From Chrysomallon squamiferum (Eukaryota > Animalia > Mollusca), in NCBI GenBank assembly GCA_012295275.1, contig CM022665.1:18228001-18292000 (forward strand): a stretch of DNA of 64,000 nt, given 5' to 3'. The notes beneath the pieces are model-generated. The model was not told the origin of the DNA and ran no database searches. It saw only the letters and a list, made by a program, of their open reading frames with translations. This document shows positions 38,613-53,635 of this stretch, one piece after another (within the stretch, counting starts at the first letter, position 1; each line of letters opens with the position of its first letter). A program made the translations under genes and the position numbers.

Positions 38613-40619
38613 TATATTTGATGATATAAAATACTAGATAAAAAATTCTGTCAAAATATTATGTCAAATAATGATCTCTGTTGCTTAGATAAGTCACGCT
38701 AAACACACCCACACATACATAAACTAAACGCAAGAACACTTTTTTGTTGTTTTTTGTTTTACAACATAGTTTTATCTCTTAGAATGATTATCTTTTTCTA
38801 AGCAGCCTGTCTTTGTGGAACGAAACAACTAACCAGTAATAACAGATGGTATTTGTGGTTGCAATTATTTTTTCCCAATCAAATTGTCATGTGTAATCGG
38901 TGTCGAAATAAATTATTTTGTTTATACATACATACGTAGGTACAGTGTATGCACGTACGTACATATACTTATAGACATACAAATAAATAAGTAAATAAAA
39001 TAAACATATAAATAAATACATTAATAAATAAATAAGTAAATAAATAAATTCAATAACTGTTGATTGAGATAATCCTTGATTAATCTTCAGTTCATTTTGA
39101 AAGAAAATGTTCATTAATCAGCAAAAAGAACACAATAAAACACATTATGTACTAAGTTAACTTATGTAACACCTCTCCTATCTTTGATACAGTTTGAAAT
39201 ATGTAACACCAAAAACGTGAAAATAACGATATCCCGTCAAATTAAGAGTCTTTGCTGTTAATACTATTACTGAAACAAGTGTCTGGCGCGTGTACGCTAT
39301 TGTTCGTTTACAGAGTGACATGTTAGTTGTTTGGGGTTTCTAACGGTTATTCCCTCGGGTACATTACATCAGTAACACACAGGCCCTCAAGTCTAAGCGG
39401 GTATTGGTTGAGTTTCATAGATGCCATTTACGAAACCAATCCGCTTACTCTTTCATAACGCTGGCTCTAAACATTCCTATAATTTTAATCTTATTTTTCG
39501 AAAGGCAATACGCCTTGAATATCGCCATAATGAACTGAAATCGCTTGTCATCGTAATCCTTCAAGCCGTTTTTTTTTTATTTTTTTTTTATCCCCTATGT
39601 TGCGGTCGGAATACATTTATATTATTCATTAATGTGACCAGTAGTGTGTGTGGCTGAAAGTAACATCCTTTTGAAGCTATTAGATTTTTTATTTAAAACG
39701 AAATGTTTGAGAGTGAGCGTAATCTAACTTGATGTACGGATGCTGTTCCTTTGCAAATACAGATGGATTATTTAAAAGGTGTTACCACGAGAGAGATAAA
39801 AATAACCATCTGTTGCAGACAGGTTATTTTATCTGTGATGATGCAGGTGAAGTCTGATTACAGATCCAGATACGTCGTCATGCATTAGAACAGTCTCCTT
39901 GAAACCCTTAAAGGCAAGTGTCGTTCGAAAAGAAAGAAAGAAAGAAGAAAGAAAAGAAAAGAAAAGAAAGAAAATCTATATGCAATACAAAAGTTAAAAG
40001 GAAGTCGCTGTATAAACCATCTTGTCGAAAGAAAGCTGTATTACTGTATCTGAAAAATGAATATTTGGAGGAATCGTTTCAGTCAAGATGTCGTATAAGA
40101 CTTAATTTGTTCAGTACACTAGAATATTTCTATACTCAGTACTGACTGATATGGATGAGGCTATTTGAACTATGATGTCATAAGATAGTCATTCTATTAC
40201 AGATGATAAGATATATATATTTTTTATAATTAGACCGTAGAACGTTATATTGATAATACTTCAACGGACATTGCCGGATATGTCGTTTTTACGTTATCAT
40301 GTATTTACTCCTCTTGATGCAGTATGTGATAAAATACGACTGACTGTACTGATAAGTTTTACAACACTAAACTGCTGCCTAGATCATTTCATGCTTTGCT
40401 TTTCGCATCTGACGGTAAGATGTTTGTGTTTTAAACAGAACACTCGTCATTTCGTAGAGGCGAGCGTGAACCATTTTCATTTAATTTGACTAGTGAAACT
40501 ATGTAGACCTAAATATCATTTGTTATTATAACTATCATTATTATTATAATTATCATTATTGTTATTATTATTATTATTAAATAAATAAATAAATAAATAA
40601 AAACAGTTGAATTTGGATG

Positions 40620-41147
40620 TACTATGAGAATAATAAGCTATAGTCGTAGCAGTTGTAACAATAATTGTTGTCGTAATGATATTAGTAGCAGTAGTAGGAA
40701 TAGTAGAATAAGTAATAGTAGTTGTTGTTGTAGTAGTGGTAGTAATGATATTGGTAGTAGTGGTAGCGGTGGTGGTATTAGTAGTAGTAGTGGTGGCTGT
40801 ATTAGTATAAGTAGTAGTAGTGGTGGTGGTAGTAGTAGTGGTGGTGATGGTATTAAATACAGTTGTGGTAGTAGTAGTAGTAGTGGTGGTGGTGGTGGTA
40901 TTGGTAGTAGTAGTGGTGATGATAGTGATAGTAGTAGTAGTTGTGATGGTGGTGGTAGTGGTACTAGTCATAGTGATAGTAGCAGCAGTATATATATAAT
41001 CGTTTTCACAATCGTTAATATCTTCATTTTTTTCTTCATCTTCTTCATATTATTATCATTACTATTATTACGGGGTTTTTGGGGTTTTTTTTGAGCGGTT
41101 GTAGCATCATTATTAATACTATTATTTTATCATCATCATGATCATCA

Positions 41148-41209
<62 letters not shown>

Positions 41210-41292
41210 TTGATCACCACCATCATCATTATTATTATTATTATTTCTATTATTATTATTATCTTCATCATCATCATCATTTTTGTTATTAT

Positions 41293-41325
<33 letters not shown>

Positions 41326-41632
41326 AGATAAACATAGATAATTACGCGTTAAACAGAACTAAGAAGTAGTAATAATTATTGCAGCAGTAGTTGTAGTAGT
41401 AGTGATGGTGGTAATTGTGATAACAGTGGTAGTTGTAGTTTTTGTTGTTGTTGTAGTGATGGTGGTGCAGCAGCAAAATTAGCAGTAGTAGTTGTAGTAA
41501 TGAAAATAATAATCATGGTAGTTATTAGTATTGCTGCTGCTGCTGCTTTTTTCATGTTGTTCATTTATATACAGGTGTGTGTGTGTGTTTCTTTTTCATC
41601 TCGTTGGTTTCTCCATTATGCTTCTTCTTCTT

Positions 41633-41695
<63 letters not shown>
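40620..41695. repeat. Compound trinucleotide microsatellites (GTA/GTG, ATT, ATC, ACT, CTT)
   Basis: Directly visible. They produce the poly-T/S/G/N/I ORFs in the track. Confidence 0.95.
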
Positions 41696-41709
41696 TCAAC
41701 AGATACACT

Positions 41710-42651
41710 ATGGAAAGTTACATATTAAACAGAATTAAGATGCCTCAGCCTGTGAGGATAGACCTCAGTGACACATACTTAGAAAATGATCGTCTTTCCG
41801 AAGAGCTAGATGAAAAGATCAACCTCATCCATCGATACAAACACAGCCAGTTCATTAACCGAGCACTGGAAATCATGGAACTGAAGAAGACTCTGAAAGC
41901 ATTCCAGACGCTGACAAAAACAAACAAGAATTGTGACAAACAACAACGTCCACGGACATCGTCGGCTTTCAGGCCAACCAGACAGGCCAGCATGGCCAAG
42001 ATTGACGTTCGTTTGCCAGCAGAAACAAGGAAAAAGAGCGTTACTGATAGTGACACCGATAGCGACATTATCTCCAACTACGATGACGACGAGGAAGATG
42101 AGGACGATGACAGATGCATATCTGCTTTGGAAAAGAAATCCAAAGTTTCGAAACTAGAAAGAGCAATGGATGTTCTGGGTATTAGAACACTACGTAAGGA
42201 CTGGTTTACAACAGTTCATGATCCGGGGGATGTTTCAGTCAAACGACCAATGTCCTCGTTTCCAAGAACAAGACCAACGCCAATACTACCTTCATCCAAG
42301 ATCACAAGGGCCAAGTCGGCACCATCAGCTTTCAAGAAATCCACACCGACGGCGCCAACGGAGATAACAACAGTGATGTCTTTGTACGGTGAAACCGCTA
42401 AAGCGAAGTCAAAAGGAATGAAATTCGTTTGCAGTGACAGACGAGCAGCGTCAGCTTCGATGTCTCGACGTCAGCTAAAGGAGCTGAATTACCAGCATCT
42501 CAACCCTGAAGCATGCAAACACGTTGATGCTATTCACGTGAGACTTGAGAAAAGCAAACAGTACAGTGAAGCCTTACAAACAAGAGTGAAACTCTTTCTT
42601 AAGTCCATTGACAATCTGAGTGGTACTAGCAAACCCATTCCTTATTACTGA
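41710..42651 (+). CDS. Uncharacterised 313-aa protein encoded by one long coding exon (N-terminal helical region, central acidic and Ser/Thr/Arg-rich disordered region, C-terminal helix)
   Basis: 942-nt ORF with clearly higher GC than its flanks. Acceptor TTTCAACAG ends at 41702 and ATG is at 41710 (MESYILNRIKMPQP...KPIPYY*). The first ~70 aa of the tracked ORF are microsatellite-derived. Family not recognised. Confidence 0.85.
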   Translation: MESYILNRIKMPQPVRIDLSDTYLENDRLSEELDEKINLIHRYKHSQFINRALEIMELKKTLKAFQTLTKTNKNCDKQQRPRTSSAFRPTRQASMAKIDVRLPAETRKKSVTDSDTDSDIISNYDDDEEDEDDDRCISALEKKSKVSKLERAMDVLGIRTLRKDWFTTVHDPGDVSVKRPMSSFPRTRPTPILPSSKITRAKSAPSAFKKSTPTAPTEITTVMSLYGETAKAKSKGMKFVCSDRRAASASMSRRQLKELNYQHLNPEACKHVDAIHVRLEKSKQYSEALQTRVKLFLKSIDNLSGTSKPIPYY

Positions 42652-44534
42652 TTTCAAATTTAGTACTGTGTAACACATGAAAGTGTTGAGTTATCATGTA
42701 ACATATGAAAGTGTTGAAATATCATTTGTTTTAATCATTCTTAACAAATAATGTATAATAATTGAGGATGGCCTTTTTGAGGCCTTAAATTGCAGCTTCA
42801 GATACATTAGAATATAACACACACATATATACACACAAACACACAAAATAATAATTATTACTATACTGTACATGTTTCAGCATATTGCAGATAGTGTGTA
42901 CCGTGTACACGAATTATGTGAAATTATGATTTGAATATAATAATGAACAAATAATAAATTTGACGTCATGACCGTGTTTAAAATTCTTATATGCAAAACT
43001 TATTTTTATTTGACATTACCACTGATGGCAGCAAACCATATGTAATATGGCTACTGATAGAACTTGTATGATAAAGAAAATATTAATTCAGTTTAATCAT
43101 GTGATAATATTATTTATTAGAAGTGCTGTTAATTTGTATTTAATATATTTTTTCTTACTAATATTATTAATAATTATATACTGATTAACTTTATTTGTTG
43201 TATTATATTTTATTTTACTACTACTACTGGTACTGCTACAACAACAACAACAACTACTACTACTACTACTACTACTCCAAATATTGCTTTAGTCACTACA
43301 ACAATAAAACTACACCTGGTACTTCTATTACTACAACAGCTACTGCTACTACCTCTGAATCACTCATTTATTTGAATAAGATATCTCTGGTCGTTAAAAT
43401 GTTGTTATTAACAAGGAAAATTCCAAAGAAATAGTGTTATATGGTTTTGTTTTTGTTTAATGTTTATGTGTTATGGATATTTTGATGCTGCCTTCCGTCA
43501 GTACGTTTATATATTCCGCTATGAACATGTTGGACGATTTGTCTCGATTATATTTTCCCCGTTCCAGCAATATTAAACCTAGCAAAATGGGAAATTTTGC
43601 ACAAAAAAAAAAAAAAAAAATCAAAACGTGACGAATGAAAATATAAAAAATATACAAAATAATACCTATAATATATATATATATATTATTGTATTATTTT
43701 GTAATAATCTTGGAAAACGAATTCCTTAACAAATGTATTAATTTTAAAATATAATGACGTCACAAAAATATCCGATATGTCATGATAAATTATGAAATAT
43801 GTTGTCTGTCATCGATGTTCCTAGTAATGATATTTTTGTTTCTCCTTCTGTAAAATCTAGATATTATTTTAGTAGTAATAACAATAATAACAATAATAAT
43901 AATAATAATAAATGTAATAGCCACTGTCTTAGTCTCTTCCCTCTCTCTCTCTCTATTGTTTTGTTTCTCTGAGCCTAAATAAACATAATAACAACAACAA
44001 TAAATAAATAAAGAAGAAAATAAATAAATAGAATAAACAAACAAACAAACACACAAATAAATAAATGGGTTGAGACATGATTTGGTTTGTTATGGATAAT
44101 AGAGCCAGGTAAGCGGCTTTTAATACGACTAGACGTACAAGGTTATGTGACATGTTCCAGTAATCACGTGATTATTTAAACTCATTTATTATTACAGCGT
44201 TGTACTTTTTGTTTCTTCTGTCAGCTTGAAGTCCACATAAATTTAATACTGGTTATTCAAAACCAGCCACAGTTGTTAACTGTTACAGTTTATTTACTTA
44301 TTTACTATATTTATTGTTATTTATGATGATGATAAAGACGATGATAATAATGATGATGATTATGATAATAACAATAACAATAATAATAATAATATAATAA
44401 TAATAATATTTTATTTATTTATTTATTTATTTATTTAGTAGTAGTATCATCATTGTCATTATTATTACATGCATTTTTATATTTTTATAACTTTTATGTA
44501 TGTATACTTTTGAAATGGAAACCAGGTTAAAAAG

Positions 44535-45657
44535 TGCTTTCAGGGGCCAGATTTGCCCCAACGATTTGGGGTAAATCTGAACTTCACATTCATGATTTAT
44601 TTTGGTCCTCAAATTTGTTGTACTGATTATTACTATGTAATCATTGTCTACTACTAATAATAATTAGTCCTACTCATTATACAAGTCAGATTCAAAACTT
44701 TAATAAACTAAACTCCTTAACAAATATCACACAAGAATATAATATTTTTAAAGTAAGCACCAGCTGGGATTTCGAGGTTTGCTCAAGGATCAAGACAATA
44801 CTAATTTGGGTTCCCATCACATCCTATGATCATGTCATCATCAACTCTGCCACAGAGTTCACATTTTTCTTTTGTATCTACTACATCTCTGTCTTCTAAT
44901 TCAGGCTCGTCACCACCAACGTTTTCTTTGAAAGAATCCACTGTAGCATTCAAGCTGAGGTGCCGTTTTGACTTTGGTATCTTCTTCTGGTTATTTTTTT
45001 TTTGTTAGTTTCTTTGCCTCTCTCACCTTTGCTCTCTCTCTGCCAACTCTTCTTCATACCTCGTAACACTCTCGTCTTCTGTCAGTGCCTCATCCTCTTC
45101 ATTTTATTTGAAGTTTGACGACGTGCCCCAAAAGAGGGACCGTGGTCCTTTCAGTTGTTTCAAAAACTTAAATAAAATTCAGAACGAACTATATCAATGC
45201 CAAAACTATTGATTTTACCACCACGTGTGGGGGCCAGATTTACCCCATTCATGGGGACCAGAATTGCCCCAAGTGGTGGAGTTAAATAAAACATACACTC
45301 CTTACCTAATTACCACATATTAAGCAATTTTCTTCTGCTCAACTTAGTAACTGATTTTATAGTTGCCTTTTATAAGTTATCACTAATTTTATGTCTAAAG
45401 AACTAAAAAACTAACACACTTTTGAAACCTCAAAATGCACTTTTTTTACAACCTTGTTGTTTTCACTGCTTTCATGGCCACTATACTCCATGTGTAAATG
45501 GCTGATTACCTACATCCTTTGTTCTAATGAGAGATGGGAAGGTTCTGTTTACACCAACAAAGTTCCCGAAGCCTGGACAGAACAGTAAGTTGCTATAAGT
45601 CATAATATATTTTGGGGACCAGAAATACCCCGGTGCCAGAATTACCCCACCTTACCC
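44535..45657 (-). mobile_element. pogo/Fot1-like non-autonomous DNA transposon relic
   Basis: One end reads (reverse complement) TA-GGGTAAGGTGGGGTAATTCTGGCACCGGGG. GGGGCCAGATTT.CCCC subterminal motifs occur at ~44543, ~45230 and ~45613. The minus-strand fragment LTEDESVTRYEEELAERAKVREAKKLTKKK resembles a pogo transposase C-terminus. Confidence 0.6.
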
Positions 45658-46502
45658 TACATTATGTAGAATCTGAAAATGTTCTAACAGATTATGTATA
45701 ACATCCTTAATAATCTAGATAACTGATGCTTGAGGTTTCGGACAGAAATAAAACAGAAGAAAAAGAATTGCACTGTATTTTGGAATTACCCAGGAGTTAC
45801 TTCCCTTCCATCGCATTTCAGGAAGACAATTTCCTTTTGAAATACAGCTTTTTCGATTTGAACGCATATTAAATTCTACTTTAATTTTTTGATATTATGC
45901 ATAACAAAACAAGTTGTTAATATATGAAGTCAGTATAATAATAAGAAAATGAATATATTAACACATATTTACTTTTCTCTCTCGCTTTTATGTAATACAC
46001 ACATGTATATATTAATAATAAATACAATTTTAATATATATATATCTATATATAAATGAAAGTTTAACAAATAAACCTGGTATTAGTCATACATGTATAAA
46101 TGTTTCCATTAAAAGTAGAAATTAATTTTAATATATTCATTCAAATTAATTTTATTATTATACCAAAGATTTGTAGACCCTACGTCTTCATAATCGACAT
46201 AGAGGTATCATAAATTACATACACACGCTACATACTCACATAGAACTTACATTTCATGAACACAACATGCGCTTACAAACGTATGTACCCAGCTTAAACA
46301 TGTGACCAACAAACAGACAAAAACAGGCACTTATAATTTACATGGATGTGTGTGAGCACATGTATCTGTGTATTTGTGTGTGTGTGTGAGAGAGAGAGAG
46401 TGCGTGTGTGTGCGTATCTGTGTTTGCGTTTGTGTGTGTGTATGCGTATATGTGTGTGAGTGTTAGTGTTTCGGTATTTGAGTGTTTGTGGACATGTATA
46501 TA

Positions 46503-47196
46503 CAGTCGTACTTTGACTTACGAGTTTAATTCGTTCCGTGACCGAACTCGTAACTCAATTTGCTTATATATCAATTCAATTTTCCCAACTGAAATTAATT
46601 GAAATACCATTAGTCCGTTCCAGTCCTGCAAATGTGTTTTTAAATAAGAAAAATAGAATGTATAAATGACAAATACTGCATAAAAACAAAATAAAAGAGA
46701 ATGTAAACAAATAAATTGGTTATGTAAAGTGTATTTATCTTTGAGACCACACAAATTATTTTAACGCCTTTGGTTGAAGTTACAGTTTTTATTGACTCTT
46801 TCTGCTTCAGTATGGTACATATCGTAAAGTACTACGCTCATACTGCCTAGACAAGTAGACTACCTCACTCATGTTTTTCTATGCTTCAACTGAATGGACA
46901 TCATCCGCTTCTTCTGCTGAGCATTGTCCTTTGCACTCACTTTCTTAGGACCTACGGTCAGAAAATAGAAATTTGGCAAAATACTGCACAGAACGCAAGC
47001 ACAACACAATAGAGATACTTCCACAGCGATGTAACCGCGTAAAATAAATGAATGACATGCGGGATGCTGGGCGGATGTTGCGTTGTTCGTTGCGCCAACT
47101 AGCGGTGGCCTATCTGAAGCTCGCTCGTAACTCGGATTTTGGCTCGCACCTCGGAAAATTTGTAAGTTGGTGCACTCGTAAGTCAAGGTACCACTG
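46503..47196. mobile_element. Tigger/pogo-type MITE (694 bp) with both TIRs and TA target duplication
   Basis: Left end TA-CAGTCGTACTTTGACTTACGAGT. Right end (reverse complement) TA-CAGTGGTACCTTGACTTACGAGT, 21/23 identical. No transposase ORF. Confidence 0.92.
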
Positions 47197-47861
47197 TATA
47201 TACAAATATATGTATTTCTATATATGTGTATGTGTTTGTGTGAGTGTGTGGGTTTTGTGTTGTGTGTGTATATATGTGTTTATGTGTGTGTTCATGTATG
47301 TGTATATGCGTGTGTGCTTCTGTATGCATGTGTGTGGATATGCTTGGGCGTGTATATGTGTGTGTATGTGTATGTGTTCACGACTGCTTTATAAATATGT
47401 GAGTTTGTTTCTTTCTGCCTTTGGGAGGGCGCATATTATTGCTAATTGAAAAAGAAACAATTATTGTAAAGCGACTCGATCTGCTCTACCATTTTCACTA
47501 TCTGTATATCAGTATGCTGATTTTATACAGTTAAAATGTCTTTAGCATATCATGAAATAAAACAGCCATTCCTTTCATCTTTCAAACATAAATACGATAA
47601 AGCCTATTGGTCATCAAAATCAATAATGTTGCCGCTTTCCGCACCTTTGGGAATGAATAGAGAAACCGTTTTGTCTACGTAGAAGAAAGAATTCACATAT
47701 TCTACATCTCTTATTTTCCCCTAGAATACAGTTTTCTTTTATGTAAGAACGGTTATTCTGTTGTATATTCTCTTCTTGTTTTATTCCAATAATTTCAATA
47801 CAAGATTCCGTTTCAGAAATTGACCTTTATATAAATTAGGAAGAAAAAACGAAACGAAACG

Positions 47862-47892
<31 letters not shown>

Positions 47893-48813
47893 ACAAAAAT
47901 AATAATAATAAAATTTTAAAAAAGGCTAGGGAACATTTTTCATAATTTATGCACCATCTCTTCTTCTGGTTTGGCTGGCATGCGTCGTAAGAAGTGAGAG
48001 AGGCTGATTAACGAACGAGCTGACTAGCAGACGACATCCTTTTTTTACAAAACGACAGCTCACTCTTCTCGATTTCTGCAAAAACAAGATGGGGAAGAAT
48101 GCAGCCATAGTGCTCTTCGTTTTGCTGAAGATGCTCACAGTGTACTGTTTGTCGGTAAGATGTTCGTTTCTTTTCACAACTTTCTCCTCTTTTTTATTGC
48201 ACGCCTAAATAAATGTTGATAAATGTTATTCGCTAAAAGATCGTGTTATGTAAATACTATTGCCTGATGTTTCTCGTTAATGTGTTCAGAATACAGTACA
48301 TTTGTAATCAAATGGAGAAAAAGATTACTGAAATTTTTTTATTTTTTATTTTTTATTAATTTATTTATGTTTTGTTATTATTTTTCTTACATTAAGTTGT
48401 AAAAGAAAAGAAAACGTAAGTAAAGAGTACATTTTTTATTATTGTTTTCTTTTTTCTTTCTTTCTTTCTTTCTTTCTTTGTTTAAAGAAGAAAAAAGATA
48501 AAGAAAAACAAAGAGAAGAATTAGAAAAATAGATGCTATCGAGATGTATATATATAAATAAACATTGACCACTCTAATGATGACAGTGCTGCTGTTAATG
48601 TGATTACGATAATGATGATGATAATAAAATAAAAAGGGATTCCAGTTTAAAATACGACTAAAGCATTATCAACTTACAATTTGTTTCTTATTGTAGCATA
48701 TTTGAAATATAAAAATATTTTGACAGTATTCTAATTTTATCATTAATGATTAATTTAAAAATAACAACATCAGCAACAACAAAAGTGTATTTTATTTATT
48801 TATTATTATTATT

Positions 48814-48890
<77 letters not shown>

Positions 48891-49178
48891 TGTGTGTGTG
48901 TGTATTTAAATATTGCTTATTTTTTCTTGTTATTTTACAAATTTTTATGGACATAATAATAAAAAACAAATATGGTATGAACACAGTCACAGTATTAGTC
49001 ATCATGTTAGCGAACTCTCAGTTCAATATTATAATTGAAAAGCAGAGCGAGAGCCCCAGTTGATTGAATTACACTGCTCTGTTCATTTCGCCATGTTCAC
49101 TGTATGTTACGTCAAAAATGCTTAATTTGATGAACTTGATTCGTGTAAGTCGTAACAGAGAGAGAGAGATTGCGACAG

Positions 49179-49245
<67 letters not shown>

Positions 49246-50197
49246 GATTTTTTTGTTTTGTTGCTATGTAACATTCTGTTTAAAATGAGACAAAGAGACA
49301 GACAAACAGCAGACAGACAGATAAACAAACAGAGAAAGAGACAGTGAATGACTTTGATGTCTGAAGACTGAGAAGGAGCGTGGAAAGATAGCTGAATAGA
49401 TAAAAAGATACAAATCCTGCACAGAGATAAACACTTTTTTTTTTTTTAAATTAGGAAAGCATAAAATATTATTATGATTCAGAAATATTAGATAACTATT
49501 TTTATTAATAATATACGTATAATGTACATAACATATCTACAATATGCATTTTATATTGAACAGCTACAAATACTAAAGAAAGAAAAATCCGAAATCTCAA
49601 AAGCAAAACAAGATCAAACTCGTTGTCCACGTCAGTTAAACTTTCACGACACAGAAAGAAAAAAACTTTTGTTTTTTCTTGTTTGTTTTTCTTGCTTTGG
49701 GGGGTTTCTTTCTTTCTTTCTTTGATTAGACAGAACAAGTTTATTCGGAGAGTGAGTTATTTTCCTTCTTCCCTCGCTCTTTGACTACTCCTTTTTCGGT
49801 CTGCGTTAGAAAAAAAAACCTCTCTAACAGGCCTTGTTGAGCAACACTTCTGTTTTATCTCATAACCTGTTCAGCCGCATTTTCTGACTTCGTTTTTTGA
49901 CAAATTCAGCCCGTCTACGCGTGAGTGATTTTGTTATATAAAGATAAGTATTTATGCTTACTGCGCACGCGCGCACACATATATTCACTTTCATACAAAC
50001 ATGTATACAAACAACCCCCCCATGTACACACATGCACATACAAAAATACATACGTACATACATATATACATGGATACATACGTACATACACACACACATA
50101 TACACACACGTATATGCATGTATACAAAACTGCACATTTGTATTAATTTTCGGCTTCTGAATATTTGTTAAAATTGAAATTTGTCATTGAAATAACC

Positions 50198-50242
<45 letters not shown>

Positions 50243-51277
50243 TACGTACATTCATATACACGCCATTAGCAGTGGATTATTATTTTGTATGTGCCTTCCC
50301 ATAAACACGAACAACATAACACGACTTTTAATAGCCAATCATAAAGTTCTGTCTGGAAAGGAAATAGCAGAGGGGGCGTACGATTAAGTATTGATCCTGC
50401 GAGCTTCGGGTCCGTGTTATTACACCGAAAACAATTTACTAAAACCTATATATCCACCGAGGTTAAACCAGGCCTGTTAAAGGCGATGCCTGAGACTACA
50501 ATAAAGTATATTTTATATTGGTCTGTACACATGACGTCTATAAATTCATTACATTCAAGTGTACGTTTGATTGTATTGTATAAATATTGCATTAGTTTAT
50601 TAGTCCGTTATTGCCCAGTGTCTGTGTTGTGTAATACTTTTTAACAGTTCTTAATTTGCTACGTCATTGAGTTAAGTGCGCGAGTCCCAGTGACACGTCT
50701 GTCTGATGGCTATGTTAGGAAACCTGGCAGATAAATTTCACAACGCTTGAATTACTATAAATAAATAAAAATTTAAAAAAAAAAAAATTGAAAATTAAAA
50801 AAATGACTGATGACACATTTTAGAAGCTGTGACAGAAGACTAATCTATTCGTCTCGTTTCGGGAAGCGGCAGAAATTGCTATTGACATTCTCGCCGAAAC
50901 TGCAATTCATTTCCAATATGCACGCCATGTTTAACGACTATTTTCTAGGAATGTCACTCACAATTTCAAGTGTAGGTTGCCATGGTGAAGTTAACGAAAT
51001 TGACTGATCGGCGAATCAACGGGGGGGGAGCTGTAGCAACCAAGTGTGCATACCCATGTTATATTTTTGTCAACTGATATATTTTTTCTTCATAAAGAAA
51101 TGTATAAATCAGGAAAGTTTTATTCACCGTAATGTCATAATGGTGGCAGTCCTCATCTTTTTCTATTATCATCATAAACTTCTTTTTTTAAAATTATTTT
51201 ATTATTAATATTATTTTAAGAATACGTTTTTTTCTCTCTTGAGAAATCTTAATTTTTGATATATATAATATGAAATT

Positions 51278-51309
<32 letters not shown>

Positions 51310-51887
51310 TATATATATTAATAATTATAATAAGTAATAATGACAATATGCATTAATTAATTAATACCAATATTGTTACTAATAATAATATTGGCGCCAT
51401 ATTCGATTTTTCACCCTCTCCCTTTCTGTTGAAGCCCGTGTGGTTTACATGAAGACGTATGATGTCTACGTCTCAACGAAATTTCCCCTATGTTGCGCAG
51501 TGCAATACACACAGCTGGGAAAGCATGCGCAAAAATCGATGAGCATGCCCTCGGCTAGAAAGCTCGAGAAAACCTGTTCCGTCAGAAGCACAATTTTCTG
51601 GTGAAAGAATTTTCTTTTTTTTTTCTTTTCTTCTTTCTTTCTTTCTTTCTTTATTTTATAAATAATGATATCTATACGTGTATATTTGTTTTGTTATTAT
51701 ATTTTTACTATATTGTGTTATATGCACACACATATAAAGTTCATTATTTTTACTTTTGCATTATTCTTAATTATGTTAATATATTAATAAAATTGTTCGT
51801 TCATGTCAGAAATCGCATTTATGTGTTTTTTGTTTTTGTTCGATTATCCTCCCCCCCCACCCGCGGGATTAATATATAATATATATT

Positions 51888-51971
<84 letters not shown>

Positions 51972-52306
51972 TAACGATTATAATTCCTCTAGAAAAAAAA
52001 AAAAAAAAAAAAAAAATAGAATTATAATTCGAGATGTAAAAATAATATATTATTAAGGAGGATTTTATTATCCGGAACGTGATATCTGGTGCTCAGAGAC
52101 AATTTTAGGTTAAGATGTTAGAAAATTCTCGATAATGCCACTATCAAGTAAGACTGAAGCAATGGTGCGTTACATGTTTCAACTACAGGACGTATCGAAA
52201 CCTACTATTTTCAGACGTAATCCCAGGAATGTGCCACGGGACGGAACATACCTCGCTCACCAAGTTACTTTTAGTTAGTTATTATGATACCTGGACATAT
52301 CCAAAT

Positions 52307-52368
<62 letters not shown>

Positions 52369-53249
52369 AGAAAGAGAGAGATAGAGAGATAGAGAGATCT
52401 ATGTAAACACACAAAAACAGAAGTACATACATATATATTTATTTATAATTTTATTTTGGCATTATGCAAAAAATACTACAGCTATAAATTTGAAATTTAG
52501 GCCTGTAAATAACAATATCTATTCTTTAATCATATACATTTTTAGTGTGTTTCAAAATGTGGCTTTTTGAGATACGAGGTGTTCTGGAGGGGGGGGGGTA
52601 TTTTTGTATTATTATTATTTTTTTTTGTTCTTCTTTGTCCTTCCGATATCTCTATCACTTTATGTATTTATAACAGTATACGGAACTGATCACTGATGTT
52701 AACTGTTTGTTCACGAAAATATTCAGAAATAAACACCTTTGCGCCAATACTTTTGATATCGATAAATCTCTAGCCGACACTACAAATAATGGATCCTTGA
52801 TTTGCTACCACTGAGATATCTTTTGTTAAACTCTCAAGATAACAACACCGTGTTTGGCAGAAAAATCAGACGTCTGGATTTCATTCTGCAATACTGGCGT
52901 GTTCACAACACTCGAATTGAACGTCACAGTCTCAGACTAACTCAATTACACTAATGCTAGTCTCGAGTATTTCGCACTTCTCTCCTCTTGACTCTCTACT
53001 GAAATTCACTTTTGTTATTCAGTTCAGCGATTTGTTTAGTTTAGTTTATCAGTTATTCCATTATGGTTGTTTTAAAATTTCGCTACGGGAATGATTTATC
53101 GATTATATTTAATTATGTTGTTCTTATCGATGATTTTATTACGGTATCAACAGTTCTAGTTGCGATTCAGACAGTCATATTGACACCTAAATGTAATTTA
53201 CTTATGCAGATTAATCCATTTCCAGTTAATTACAATTATTCTTTATTAC

Positions 53250-53635
53250 ATACGTATGTATATATACATTGTTTTTCTTTGATGTTGTTTTTTTCTTCCG
53301 ACAAAATTATTTTTTATCTTCGTTTTAAAAATTTTATTAATAGAAGTTAGTTTTAATCTTATATAATCCTTCTAACAATAACACTATTATTATAATTTAA
53401 GTATTCTATTCACAAAAATGTTGACTGCACTTCCAAAATGAATGTATGTATATATAGTTTTTCTTTCATATTTTTTTGTTGTTGTTGTTATTCCGTCAAC
53501 ATTATTTTTTATCTTCGTTTTAAAAAATATAGTCATTAGAAGTTAGTTTTTATCTTATGTAATCCTTCTAACAATAACTCTATTATTATAATTTAAGTGT
53601 TCTAGTCATAAAACGTTGATTTCACTCCCAAAATT
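53250..53635. repeat. Direct tandem duplication of ~190 bp
   Basis: ATTATTTTTTATCTTCGTTTTAAAAA...AATCCTTCTAACAATAAC.CTATTATTATAATTTAAGT occurs at ~53307 and ~53502. Confidence 0.9.

Noticed and set aside
40516-41341. Poly-Thr mucin-like and Ser/Gly-rich ORFs
   Set aside because: They are translations of trinucleotide microsatellites with no supporting splice structure.
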